This document shows, piece after piece, positions 51,147-60,532 of a stretch of 64,000 bases of DNA (position 1 is its first letter; each line of letters starts with the position of its first letter). The notes beneath the pieces were generated by a model. That model searched no databases. It was given only the letters and a program-made list of their open reading frames with translations, and had not been told where the DNA came from. A program made the translations under genes and the position numbers. Origin of the DNA: Chloroflexota bacterium (GTDB taxonomy: Bacteria; Chloroflexota; Dehalococcoidia; UBA2979); NCBI GenBank assembly GCA_027593235.1, contig JAQCIU010000012.1:19893-83892 (forward strand), given 5' to 3'.

Positions 51147-51199
51147 CGAGCGACGCTACGCGCCTCGCTCGGTAGCGGCATGCGCCAGCGCGGCTCGCG

Positions 51200-52276
51200 C
51201 TAGGTGAACGCGAAGTCGAGGCCCAACTCGCCCTCGATCGTGCGGAACCACTCGATCACCTCGCGGTGATACGGGATGCCCTCGACGCGGCGCACCGCCT
51301 CCTCCTCGGCCTCGAGCAGGCCGGGGTAGACGACGCGGCTGTGCCCGGGCGCCGGCTTCGTCTCGGCGAGGCCGCGCAGGAATGCGTCCATATTGGCCTT
51401 GAACTCGGGGACGTCGATGAAGGCGTCGATGCGGTACGCCAGCAGGTGGAAGCCGGGCACGCTGGCGATGAAACCGGGACCGATGCCACTGAGGCTGCTG
51501 CACATGATGTCGATCACGGCGCCGATGCCGTAGCCCTTGTGCGAGCCCTGTTCGCGCGTGCCACCCATCGGGAGCATGTAGCTCTCCTCGGGGATGTCGC
51601 TGCGCTCCATGATCGGCGTGCCGTCCGTGCGGGCGATCCAGCCAGGCTCCACCTGCGCGCCGACCCGCCGCGCGAGCGCCAGCTTGTTGTTGGCGATCTG
51701 GGTGGTGCCGATGTCGATCATGAACGGCGGCATCTCGCCGGCCGGCGCGGCCCAGGCGATCGGATTCGTCCCCAGCCGCGGCTCGGCACCCCAGGTCGGC
51801 AGTCCCACCACCTTGCCGCTGGAGGACATCGCGACGCCGATCATGTCGTGCGGCAGCGCGCGCATCGCGTGGTAGCCGGTGCCGCCCATGTGGCCGACGC
51901 CAGTGACACAGACTGCGCCCATTCCTAAGCGCGCAGCCTTCTCGATCGCGATGTCCATCGCCCGAGGCGCGACGTGCAGCCCCAGCGATCCACCGCCGTC
52001 GATCAGCGCGGTGGTCTCGGTCTCGCGCGTCGTCGTGATCTCGCCGGTCGGCTTGAGGGTGCCGTTGCGGTACCCGGCGACATAGGTGCGCAGCATGTTC
52101 GAGACGCCGTGCGTTTCCACGCCGCGCAGGTCGTTGAACAGCAGCACGTCGGCCGAGAGGGCGGCGTTGTCCGCGGACTGCCCCATCGCCGCGAAGATCG
52201 CCTCGGTGGCGGCGCGCATCTCCGCTTCCGGGACGACGACGCGATCGGCCTCGGGAACCTTGAACCGCTCGAGCAT
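51200..52276 (-). CDS. Ldh_2 family oxidoreductase (malate/L-lactate/sulfolactate dehydrogenase type 2)
   Basis: DLRGVETHG, IDGGGSLG, GHMG, LGTNPIAWAAP, GSHKGYG, VVYPG. Confidence 0.9.
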   Translation of the reverse strand: MLERFKVPEADRVVVPEAEMRAATEAIFAAMGQSADNAALSADVLLFNDLRGVETHGVSNMLRTYVAGYRNGTLKPTGEITTTRETETTALIDGGGSLGLHVAPRAMDIAIEKAARLGMGAVCVTGVGHMGGTGYHAMRALPHDMIGVAMSSSGKVVGLPTWGAEPRLGTNPIAWAAPAGEMPPFMIDIGTTQIANNKLALARRVGAQVEPGWIARTDGTPIMERSDIPEESYMLPMGGTREQGSHKGYGIGAVIDIMCSSLSGIGPGFIASVPGFHLLAYRIDAFIDVPEFKANMDAFLRGLAETKPAPGHSRVVYPGLLEAEEEAVRRVEGIPYHREVIEWFRTIEGELGLDFAFT

Positions 52277-52435
52277 GCGCGACCTCCCAGTCAGCTCCGG
52301 CGCCGAGACGCCGCGTAGCGAGGTGGAGCGTAGCGCCTCGCTCGCCCCGGCGGTGCCCGCCGCCGCAACGCCGAACGCAGTCCGTTCGAGGTGCAGTGGA
52401 GCGACCGAGGACGGGCGGTGGAACGATGCGGCGCG

Positions 52436-54331
52436 CTACTGCGTCAGCGCGCTCTCCTCGATCGCCAGATCGTCCGCCAGCACGCCACTCTCGCCGGTCG
52501 CGGCGAACGCCATGCGGTAGAGGCGGGCGTAATACCCGTCGGACGCGAGCAGTTCGTCGTGCGTGCCCTGTTCGACGATCTGCCCGCGATCGAGGACCAC
52601 GATGCGACTGGCGCCTCGGATCGTCGAGAGCCGGTGTGCGATCACGAACGAGGTGCGGCCGGCGAGCAAGGTTTCGAGCGCAGCCTGGATCACCCGCTCC
52701 GTCCGCGTGTCGACGTTGGCCGTGGCCTCGTCGAGCACGAGGATGCGCGGCTCCGCGAGGATCGCGCGCGCGAACGAGATGAGTTGGCGCTGCCCGACCG
52801 ACAGGTTGTGCGCGCGCTCCCCGAGGATGGTGTCGTAGCCATGCTCCAGGTGGCGGATGAAGCCGTCGGCGCCGACCAGCCGCGCCGCTTCCTCGACCTC
52901 GTTGTCGCTGGCCTCGAGGAGACCGTAGCGGATGTTGTCGCGGACGCTGCCGGAGAAGAGGAAGGGGTCCTGCAGGACCACACCGATCTGGCGGTGCAGC
53001 GACGCGAGCTGGAGATCGCGCACGTCGACGCCGTCGATGCGGATCGCGCCCTCGGTCACGTCGTAGTACCGCCCCAGGAGGTTGGTCATCGTGCTCTTAC
53101 CGGCGCCGGTCTGACCGACGAACGCGATCGTCTCGCCCGGTTCGACGCTGAGCGACACGTCGTTGATCACCGGGCGGCCGGCGACGTAGGCGAAGGTGAC
53201 GTGATCGAACTCGACGCGACCGGCGAGCTGTATGTCCTGAGCCGCGGCGGCGTCCTCGATCTCCGGCTTCGTGTCGAGCACCTCGATGATCCGTTCACCA
53301 CCGGCCATCGCGCGCTGGATCTGGGTGTACTGGAGGACGAGATCGCGGATCGGATCGAAGAAGCGCTGGATGTAGAGGACGAAGGTGACAACCGCGCCGG
53401 CGGTGATGTCGCCGTGCGCGACACGCCAGCCCCCCACGACCATCACGAGGGCGGTCGAGAGGGCGACGATGCCCTCGACAGCCGGTAGCACGATCGCGCT
53501 GAGGCGACCGGCCTCGACGTTCGCGCGCAGGTTGCCGCGGTTGATCTCGTCGAAGCGACGCGTGTTCTCGGACTCGCGGGAGAGCGACTGGATCACGCGG
53601 ATGCCGGAGACGTTCTCGTTGAGCGTCGAGTTCACCGTGGAGATCGCCTGGCGCACCTCGACGAAGGCGACGCGAGCGCGACGCTGCCAGATCACCATGA
53701 TGACGATCAGGATCGGCACCGCGGCGAGCGTGACGCCGGTGAGCGCGAGATCGCGGCCCAGCATCACGGCGACCACGACGAACAGCACGACGATGTCCGA
53801 CAGCACCGTGAGGCTGCCGGAGGTGAGCAGCTCCTGCATCGCAGTCACGTCGCTGGTCACGCGTGACATGACGCGGCCAACCTCGTGGCGATCGAGGAAG
53901 GAGAGGGAGAGGCGTTGGATGTGATCGAAGAGCTGCGTGCGGAGCCGCAATAACACGCGGTGCCCGATGTACCCGGTCTGCGAGAGCTGGAGGTACTGGA
54001 GCGCCCAGCCGCCGAAGGTGAGCGCGGCGAGACCGGCCGCGATCCGAGCGACGCCGTCCGCATCGCCCTCGATGCCACGGTCGACCGCCCAGCCGATCAG
54101 CAGCGGTTGCAGCGACGAGGTGACGGCGAAGCCGAGCACCCCGATCATCGCGAGCGTCAGCCGGAACCGGAACGGCGCGAGGTAGGGGACGAGCCGCCGT
54201 ACGACCTTCGCGTCGTAGACCTTGCCCAGCTCCTCGTCGTTCCAGCCGTCCATGCCGCGGCGTGCCGGACCCCCGATCGAGGTGCCGCTGGAACTCCAAC
54301 CGCCGGCGGCTCCGCCGCCCCACATACCCAT
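52436..54331 (-). CDS. ABC exporter half-transporter (TMD+NBD), consensus Walker B
   Basis: TM domain; GQTGAGKST, LSVGQRQ, LVLDEAT, IAHRL. Confidence 0.92.
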   Translation of the reverse strand: MGMWGGGAAGGWSSSGTSIGGPARRGMDGWNDEELGKVYDAKVVRRLVPYLAPFRFRLTLAMIGVLGFAVTSSLQPLLIGWAVDRGIEGDADGVARIAAGLAALTFGGWALQYLQLSQTGYIGHRVLLRLRTQLFDHIQRLSLSFLDRHEVGRVMSRVTSDVTAMQELLTSGSLTVLSDIVVLFVVVAVMLGRDLALTGVTLAAVPILIVIMVIWQRRARVAFVEVRQAISTVNSTLNENVSGIRVIQSLSRESENTRRFDEINRGNLRANVEAGRLSAIVLPAVEGIVALSTALVMVVGGWRVAHGDITAGAVVTFVLYIQRFFDPIRDLVLQYTQIQRAMAGGERIIEVLDTKPEIEDAAAAQDIQLAGRVEFDHVTFAYVAGRPVINDVSLSVEPGETIAFVGQTGAGKSTMTNLLGRYYDVTEGAIRIDGVDVRDLQLASLHRQIGVVLQDPFLFSGSVRDNIRYGLLEASDNEVEEAARLVGADGFIRHLEHGYDTILGERAHNLSVGQRQLISFARAILAEPRILVLDEATANVDTRTERVIQAALETLLAGRTSFVIAHRLSTIRGASRIVVLDRGQIVEQGTHDELLASDGYYARLYRMAFAATGESGVLADDLAIEESALTQ

Positions 54332-54356
54332 CGCTGTCCTTGCTACTGCTGCGCGA

Positions 54357-56282
54357 TCATTCGGGTGCCGGTACGCCCGTTGGCGCGCCGCCGCGTATGG
54401 CGGACGGCACCGGCGAGCCTGCCGGCTCGGACGCCGCGCCGTTCGCGCCCTTGGTGCCGTTCGCCCCGGCGGCGACGCGCTCGGCGTCGAGCGCGGCATC
54501 TTCCTGGTCACGGAGTTCGAGGTCGTAGATCTGGCGGTAGAGGCCGTCCGCGGCGAGCAGTTCCTCGTGCCGTCCGCGCTCCACGATCTGCCCGCGATCG
54601 AGCACGAGGATCAGGTCGGCGTCGCGGACGGTGCGCAGCCGCTGCGCGATCACGAAGGTCGTGCGTCCCTGCATCAGATCGGCGAGCGCCGCCTGGATCA
54701 GGTACTCGGTCTCCATGTCGACGCTCGAGGTGGAGTCATCGAAGACGAGGATCGCCGGATCGAGGACGAGCGTGCGCGCGATCGCGATGCGCTGCTTCTG
54801 GCCGCCGGACAACGTCACGCCACGTTCGCCGACCCAGGTGTCATAGCCCTCGGGGAGGCTGGTGATGAAGTCGTGGATGCGCGCGACGCGCGCGGCGTCT
54901 TCAACCTCTTCGTCGGTGGCGTCCACGCGGCCGTAGCGGATGTTCTCGCGGATGGTGTCGATGAAGAGGAAGACATCCTGCTGCACGGTGCCGATCGAGG
55001 CGCGCAGCGACTCAAGAGTGAGGTCGCGGATGTCGACGTCGTCGATGCGGATGGCCCCCTCGCTGACGTCGTAGAAGCGAGGCAGCAGGTTGACCACGGT
55101 GCTCTTGCCTGAGCCAGTCGGTCCGATCAGCGCCACGACCTGGCCGGGCTCGACCTCGAAGGCGATGTCGCGGAGGACGGGGCTGATGCGGTCGTAGCCG
55201 AAGGCGACGTGATCGAAGGCGACGCGGCCCTCGACGTGGGGGAGCACGCGGGCGTCGGGTCGCTCCTGGACGGCGCTCTCGGCATCGAGGATCTCGTAGA
55301 TGCGCTCGCCGGCGCTCGCCGTGCGGGCGAGGACGTTGGTCAGGAACCCGAGCATGCGCATCGGTTGCTGGAGGATGTAGAGGTACGACAGGAACGCGAG
55401 CAAGTCGCCCGTGGTGAGCCGCCCCGCCGCGAGTTCGCGGCCGCCGACCCAGACCGTTGCCACGAGCGCGAGCACGCCGAGCATGTTGAGCAGCGGGGTG
55501 TTGAACGCCTGGATCTGGTTCTGTGCGTAGGAAGCGTCGAAAAGGCTCTCGGCCTCGGCGCGGAACTTCCCGCTCTCGTACGGCTCGCGACTGAACGCCT
55601 TCACCACCCGCGCGCCGGAGAGGTTCTCCTGCAGCACGTTGCTCATGCGGCCCATGCCGTCCTGCACCAGCGTCCAGTACGGCCGCATCCGCCGCGCGGC
55701 GAACATCGCGACGATCGCGGTCAGCGGCAGGAAGCTCCACGAGACGAGGGCGAGCTTGACGTTGGACTGCGCCATCAGCGCGAGCGAGGCGACGAGCAGG
55801 AAGAGGATGTAGAGCATCCGCATCACGCCCATGTTGATGTACATGCGGATCGCTTCGACGTCTTGCGTTGCGCGCGACATCACCTGCCCGATTTGCGCGT
55901 CGTCGTGGTAAGCGAAGCTCAACCGCTGGAGCTGGTCATAGATCGCGGCGCGGATGCTGTACGCGACGGATTGCGAGAGCTTCTCGCCGATGTACTGCTG
56001 CCCAAAGGCGAAGAGGCCGCGGAACGCGGCGACGAGCAGCACGGCAGCGAAGGCGATCAGCAGCGGATTCCACTGCAGTTCGCCCTCGGCCTGGCTTTCC
56101 ACGGCGCTGTCCAGCGCCTTGCCGACGATCTTCGGAACGAGCAGCGAGAAGACCGCGGCGCCGATCAGCGCGATCCAGCCGAGGAGCACGAGCCGGCGAT
56201 AGGGACGAACGAACGAGAGCAGGCGGACGAGCGTGCGCACCGGCGTCCTTACTCGCCGCCGGACGCGCAGCGAGATCGCCAA
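54357..56282 (-). CDS. ABC exporter half-transporter (TMD+NBD), degenerate Walker B/H-loop; heterodimer partner
   Basis: GPTGSGKST, LSGGQKQ, LVFDDST (E to D) and IAQRL (H to Q), as in TM287/288-type heterodimeric exporters. Confidence 0.92.
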   Translation of the reverse strand: MAISLRVRRRVRTPVRTLVRLLSFVRPYRRLVLLGWIALIGAAVFSLLVPKIVGKALDSAVESQAEGELQWNPLLIAFAAVLLVAAFRGLFAFGQQYIGEKLSQSVAYSIRAAIYDQLQRLSFAYHDDAQIGQVMSRATQDVEAIRMYINMGVMRMLYILFLLVASLALMAQSNVKLALVSWSFLPLTAIVAMFAARRMRPYWTLVQDGMGRMSNVLQENLSGARVVKAFSREPYESGKFRAEAESLFDASYAQNQIQAFNTPLLNMLGVLALVATVWVGGRELAAGRLTTGDLLAFLSYLYILQQPMRMLGFLTNVLARTASAGERIYEILDAESAVQERPDARVLPHVEGRVAFDHVAFGYDRISPVLRDIAFEVEPGQVVALIGPTGSGKSTVVNLLPRFYDVSEGAIRIDDVDIRDLTLESLRASIGTVQQDVFLFIDTIRENIRYGRVDATDEEVEDAARVARIHDFITSLPEGYDTWVGERGVTLSGGQKQRIAIARTLVLDPAILVFDDSTSSVDMETEYLIQAALADLMQGRTTFVIAQRLRTVRDADLILVLDRGQIVERGRHEELLAADGLYRQIYDLELRDQEDAALDAERVAAGANGTKGANGAASEPAGSPVPSAIRGGAPTGVPAPE

Positions 56283-56434
56283 ACCTTTACGTGAACGTTA
56301 GGGATTGTACCGCCTCGTCAGCGAATGCAACACGGCTGTTGTCCGCGCGTGCCTGGCGGCTGCGAGGAAGACCGGTTCGCATTCCGTGAGGGCCGCTGGT
56401 TGCTCACGTCCGAGCGATCGAGGAGGGACGCACA

Positions 56435-56459
56435 CAGGCCCCGGGGTCGCCGGGGCCTG
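56435..56459 (-). terminator. Terminator-like hairpin closing the putative ncRNA
   Basis: Perfect 10-bp stem CAGGCCCCGG/CCGGGGCCTG with a 5-nt loop, followed by UGUGCGU on the minus strand (weak U-tract). Confidence 0.6.
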
Positions 56460-56476
56460 CTCTGTCGCGAAACCTT

Positions 56477-56695
56477 GTTGTCTGGGTGGGTCCGTTGCCT
56501 CTGTGCCGATGCTGTCGAGCTGGGACGCGTCACGTCATGCGTTGCGTCACCATGCGGGTGTGAGGGCTAGGACCCGGACGCGGACTCTACGTAGTACAAG
56601 GGTGGACTCCTTGTCGGCTCAGCGCGGTATGTGCGCCATTCCCTGCTGGTTCGATCCGTAAGACAGAAGCGACCTCCCTTACTCCCCAACCGGCT
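56477..56695 (-). ncRNA. Structured non-coding RNA, 6S RNA-like
   Basis: TACGAT -10 box at 56702-56707. Long-range end pairing GUUG/CAAC, GGUC/GACC, GCUUCUGU/ACAGAGGC, AGC-A-GGGA/UCCC-A-GCU. 6S-like words UCGAACC...AGGGA and CCCAGCU...GGCAACGG. No convincing ORF; downstream hairpin. Confidence 0.5.
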
Positions 56696-56806
56696 ACGCC
56701 GATCGTAGTACTTCAGAAGTTCGTGAGAGTGCGCACCAGCACGTATTCGAGGGTGGCCGGGGGCGCCGTCGCGCGGCGCCGATCGGGTCGCCGATCGTGC
56801 GCTCGT

Positions 56807-57073
56807 TCAGCCGGCGTGCGGGTCGATGTGATCGAGTAGTGCGAGCCCGTGCTGGTAGGCGATCACCAGCTCCTGGACCCACTCCGCCCGCCGCGGCAGC
56901 CAGTCATCGAGGCGTGCCCGCACCTCCTCCAGCGTCGGCCGCGCGGGCTGTTCGAGCGCGGCGACGTGCTTGATAAAGCGGTAGTACCGCTCCCAGTCGG
57001 CGTCGGAGCGCATGAAGCGCGAGGGGCGACCGCCCACGGCGAAGTCGAGCCAGGCGGTGGTGTGCCCGTCCAC
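56807..57073 (-). CDS. Small hypothetical protein
   Basis: 88-aa ORF starting 11 nt after the S9 peptidase stop; normal composition (DWERYYRFIKH). Confidence 0.6.
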   Translation of the reverse strand: MDGHTTAWLDFAVGGRPSRFMRSDADWERYYRFIKHVAALEQPARPTLEEVRARLDDWLPRRAEWVQELVIAYQHGLALLDHIDPHAG

Positions 57074-57084
57074 GGCGGCGCGGC

Positions 57085-58926
57085 CTAGGTGCCGTTGAGC
57101 AGGTGCTCACGGCAGAAGGCGACGATGCGCTCGCCCATGTCCAGGCGGTGCGGCAGCTTCTGGATGCCGTGGCCTTCCTCCGGGTAGACGACGTACTCGA
57201 CGATGCCCTCGTTGTGGCGAATCGTCTCGACGATCTGCTCGGACTCCTCGGGCGGGACGCGCACGTCGTGGTCGCCCTGGACGACGAGCAACGGCGTGCG
57301 AATCTGATCGGCCTTGTGGATCGGCGAGATCGTTCGCAGGAACGTCGGATCCTCCCCGTACTCGCGGGCGCGGTGCCGGCGCCGCCACGGGCCGGTGAAC
57401 TGGAGGAAGGTCTCGAAGTCGGCGATGCCGAAGAGGTCGATCGCGGCAGCCCACCGGTCGGGGGCCTCGGTGATAGCCGCCAGCACCATGAAGCCGCCGT
57501 ACGAGCCGCCCATCACGCCGATTCGATCGGCATCGATCTCGCCGCTGCCGGCGAGCCAGTCCGTCGCGGCGATCAGGTCGCGGACCGAGTCCATCCGTAG
57601 CTCGACATCGTCCGCGTGGCAGTACTCCTTGCCGTAGCCGGTGGAGCCGCGAACGTTCGGGACGAGCAGCGCGACACCCTGGGTGAGCAGGTAGTGCGGC
57701 GCGGAGTAGCGACCCCAGAGCGCCGGTCGGCTCTGGCCTTCGGGACCGCCGTGGACGAGCACGAGGCAGGGCACGCGCGTGCCGGCTGGGACGCCGGCCG
57801 GCCGGTAGAGGTACGCCGGGATCTCGCGCCCGTCGAATGTCGGGTAGCGAATCGGCTCCGGCTCCGCGAGCGCGGCCACGTCGACGGCGCCGCTGGCGCT
57901 CGCCGAGAGCGGCGCCGCCCGCCCGCTATCGAGGTCGGCGAGCCAGACGTTCGAGAGGTGACGCGCGCCCTCGAAGCTGAACGCGATTGCGGCTCCGTCG
58001 GCACGCCAGTCCGGCGAGGCGAGGACGCCGCGTGGTAGCTCCGGCAGCGCGATCGCGTCGGCGAGGCGGCCGTCGGTTCCGAGGGCGAAGGCTTCGAGGC
58101 GTGAGTAACCGTCCTCGTTGACCACGAGTGCCACACGGGTGCCATCGCGCGTGGTCGCGGCGGCCTCGATGTCCCAGTCGTAGCCGCGCAGGAACTCACG
58201 CGCGCCGCTACCGCCGTCGATGCGCTGGAGCGCGACGAAATCACGCCCCTCATCCGACACGGCGAGGACGGTGCCGTCCTCGAAGAGATGCAGCGCCGAC
58301 CACTGGGCGGCGTGCGCGGGCGTCGCCTCGTGCGCCGTGATGCAGCGCGGTGATCCGCTGGCCGCGCCGTCCGCTGCCAGCGGGACGAGGAAGAGGTCGT
58401 TGTCCCCGGGGACGTCGAGGTTCGGTCGGGAGATGAGCAGCGCGCGTCCATCCGGGGCGAACCAGCTCGCGCCGTTCATCCCGTCGTGCTGCAAGACGAG
58501 GTGCTCGACGCCTGCGTCCACGTCCAGCACGTAGACGTCGAAGAACTGGCGGTCCCGCCGGTTCGAGGCGTACGAGAGCAGCCGCCCATCCGCGGACCAG
58601 GCGCCGAGGTTGTGGATGACCTGCGGCGCCGAGGCGAGCGCCCGCGATGTGCCCGAGGTGAGGTCGAGCAGGTGGAGCTGAAACTGCTCGTCCCCGCCGT
58701 CATCGGCGATCGTGAGCAGTTCGTTCCGGTGGGGGCGCGGGGCGAGGCCGTAGATGACGCCGCCGGTGTCGGTGAGCTGGGTCGCGTCACCACCGACCGC
58801 CGCGACGCGGAACGCCTGCGAGACGCCCGGCCGGTTCCAGCGAAACGCGAGGTCGCCGCCCTCGATGAAGTGCGGTTCGAGGGCGGTCTCGACGCGGACG
58901 AAGTCCTCGACGGTTGCTGCGGTCAT
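57085..58926 (-). CDS. S9 family (prolyl oligopeptidase/acylaminoacyl) peptidase
   Basis: N-terminal propeller; VHGGPE, NVRGSTGYG, GGSYGG nucleophile, DVRVP, EGHG; GGAGG RBS. Confidence 0.93.
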   Translation of the reverse strand: MTAATVEDFVRVETALEPHFIEGGDLAFRWNRPGVSQAFRVAAVGGDATQLTDTGGVIYGLAPRPHRNELLTIADDGGDEQFQLHLLDLTSGTSRALASAPQVIHNLGAWSADGRLLSYASNRRDRQFFDVYVLDVDAGVEHLVLQHDGMNGASWFAPDGRALLISRPNLDVPGDNDLFLVPLAADGAASGSPRCITAHEATPAHAAQWSALHLFEDGTVLAVSDEGRDFVALQRIDGGSGAREFLRGYDWDIEAAATTRDGTRVALVVNEDGYSRLEAFALGTDGRLADAIALPELPRGVLASPDWRADGAAIAFSFEGARHLSNVWLADLDSGRAAPLSASASGAVDVAALAEPEPIRYPTFDGREIPAYLYRPAGVPAGTRVPCLVLVHGGPEGQSRPALWGRYSAPHYLLTQGVALLVPNVRGSTGYGKEYCHADDVELRMDSVRDLIAATDWLAGSGEIDADRIGVMGGSYGGFMVLAAITEAPDRWAAAIDLFGIADFETFLQFTGPWRRRHRAREYGEDPTFLRTISPIHKADQIRTPLLVVQGDHDVRVPPEESEQIVETIRHNEGIVEYVVYPEEGHGIQKLPHRLDMGERIVAFCREHLLNGT

Positions 58927-59027
58927 CGGACCTCCGGGCGTTCGCGCGGGTGGTCGCAAGAGTATGGACCGGCGGGACCGTCGCCGAGTGACGACGGTCG
59001 ATTACGCGGTGGCGGGTGTGTCGAGGA

Positions 59028-60377
59028 TCAGCGGGTCGCGACGGCCTCGGCAGCCTGCTCGCGGAGGTCGCGCTCGTAGTAGAGGCGCATCACCGCGCTG
59101 GCCAGGCGCTCGCCGTCATGCCGGTAGCGGCGTTCGTGATCGACGATGTCGAGCAGGATCAGCCGTGCGCCACCGTAGTCGGCGTCGCCGGGGGCGGTCA
59201 CCGGCGTCGACTTCCATTCGGCGGGCAGCGGCTCGGACGGCAGGTTGCTGTTCGCCAGCACCATTTGAAAGACGTCCGGCCGGCCCATGTGGCGCTGGAT
59301 CGCGTGCACGTGATCGGCGGCGGTGTAGCCGTCGGTCTCGCCCGCCTGGGTGGCGACGTTGCTGATGTAGATGCGATGCGCCTTCGACTCGAAGAGCGCC
59401 TTGCGCAGTTCCGGCACGAGCAGGTTCGGGAGGATCGAGGTGTAGAGGCTGCCGGGGCCGATCACAATCATGTCGGCTTCGCGGATCGCACGCACGGCCA
59501 GCGGGTGGGCGGCGACATCGGCGGGCTCGATGAAGACCTCGACCGGTGGTTCGCCGGTCTCGGGTATGCGCGATTCGCCTCGGATGATGCTGCCGTCGCG
59601 GAGCTTCGCGCCGAGGGTCACATCGGCGAGCGAGGCGGGGAAGATGTTGCCGCGGACGGCGAGCACGCGCGAGGTCTCGGCGATGCCGCGCTCCATGGAG
59701 CCGGTGACGTCCGCCATCGCGGTGATGAAGAGGTTGCCGAAGGAGTGCCCGCCGATGGAGTCGCCATCGCGATCCTCGAAGCGGTGCTGGAAGAGCTGGG
59801 TGACGAGCGGCTCGGCCTCGGCGAGGGCGGCGATGCAGTTACGGATGTCGCCGGGCGGGATCACGTTGCGGTCGCGGCGAAGGCGGCCGCTCGATCCGCC
59901 GTCATCGGCGACGGTGACGATCGCGGTCAGGTTGCCGGTGTACTGCTTCAGGCCGCGCAGCAGATTGGACAGCCCGGTGCCGCCACCGATGGCGACGATC
60001 TTCGGACCGCGGGTGAGCGTGCGGTTCTGGTAGACGAGATCGACGATGTCGGACTCGGAGCTGCCGGGGACGAGTGCGGCGGCCAGCGAGCGGTTGAGCC
60101 GCCAGCCGGCGAACAGCGTGAGCGAGGAAGCAAGGGTGACGAAGAGCAGGCCACGCGCCCAGCGCGGGATGAACTGCAACGTCGCGTAGTAGGCCCACTC
60201 GGGGAACGTATAGGTGACGTAGAGCTCCCGCAGGAGATAAGCAAACCCGAGGCCCATGATGGCGACGGCAAGCACGAGCAGGATGAGCCAGCGCTTGATG
60301 TGCAGGCCGACGTACATCCATTTGGTGATGCCGGAACGGCTCAATGGGATCCTTTGTCTGATACCCGCCACCAACAA
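59028..60377 (-). CDS. yvcK: YvcK/GlmR (UPF0052) family protein with N-terminal membrane extension
   Basis: GPKIVAIGGGTGLSNLLRGLK, VTVADDGGSSGRLR, PPGDIRNC, GHSFGNL, GPGSLYTSILPNL. Start uncertain. Confidence 0.9.
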   Translation of the reverse strand: MLVAGIRQRIPLSRSGITKWMYVGLHIKRWLILLVLAVAIMGLGFAYLLRELYVTYTFPEWAYYATLQFIPRWARGLLFVTLASSLTLFAGWRLNRSLAAALVPGSSESDIVDLVYQNRTLTRGPKIVAIGGGTGLSNLLRGLKQYTGNLTAIVTVADDGGSSGRLRRDRNVIPPGDIRNCIAALAEAEPLVTQLFQHRFEDRDGDSIGGHSFGNLFITAMADVTGSMERGIAETSRVLAVRGNIFPASLADVTLGAKLRDGSIIRGESRIPETGEPPVEVFIEPADVAAHPLAVRAIREADMIVIGPGSLYTSILPNLLVPELRKALFESKAHRIYISNVATQAGETDGYTAADHVHAIQRHMGRPDVFQMVLANSNLPSEPLPAEWKSTPVTAPGDADYGGARLILLDIVDHERRYRHDGERLASAVMRLYYERDLREQAAEAVATR

Positions 60378-60532
60378 TCCAATCGCCTCGCCGCTTGGCG
60401 GTCAACCGGACTGTCACCGGCTGAACGTTCCGGAGCGGCGTGAGGTTCCCGCAGCCGGACCTGGCACGATCGATCGTGGGCGGGCGATTGTTTAATGGAC
60501 ATAAAGCCTGTCTCGGAACGATGTCTGCGGCG

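Noticed and set aside
54357-56282. Non-canonical Walker B (DD) and Q at the H-loop as a sign of pseudogenisation
   Set aside because: This is the normal degenerate site of heterodimeric ABC exporters; the partner gene supplies the consensus residues.
56641-56662. GGTTCGATCC resembling a tRNA T-arm
   Set aside because: No acceptor stem, D-arm or anticodon arm can be built; better explained as the antisense of the putative ncRNA.
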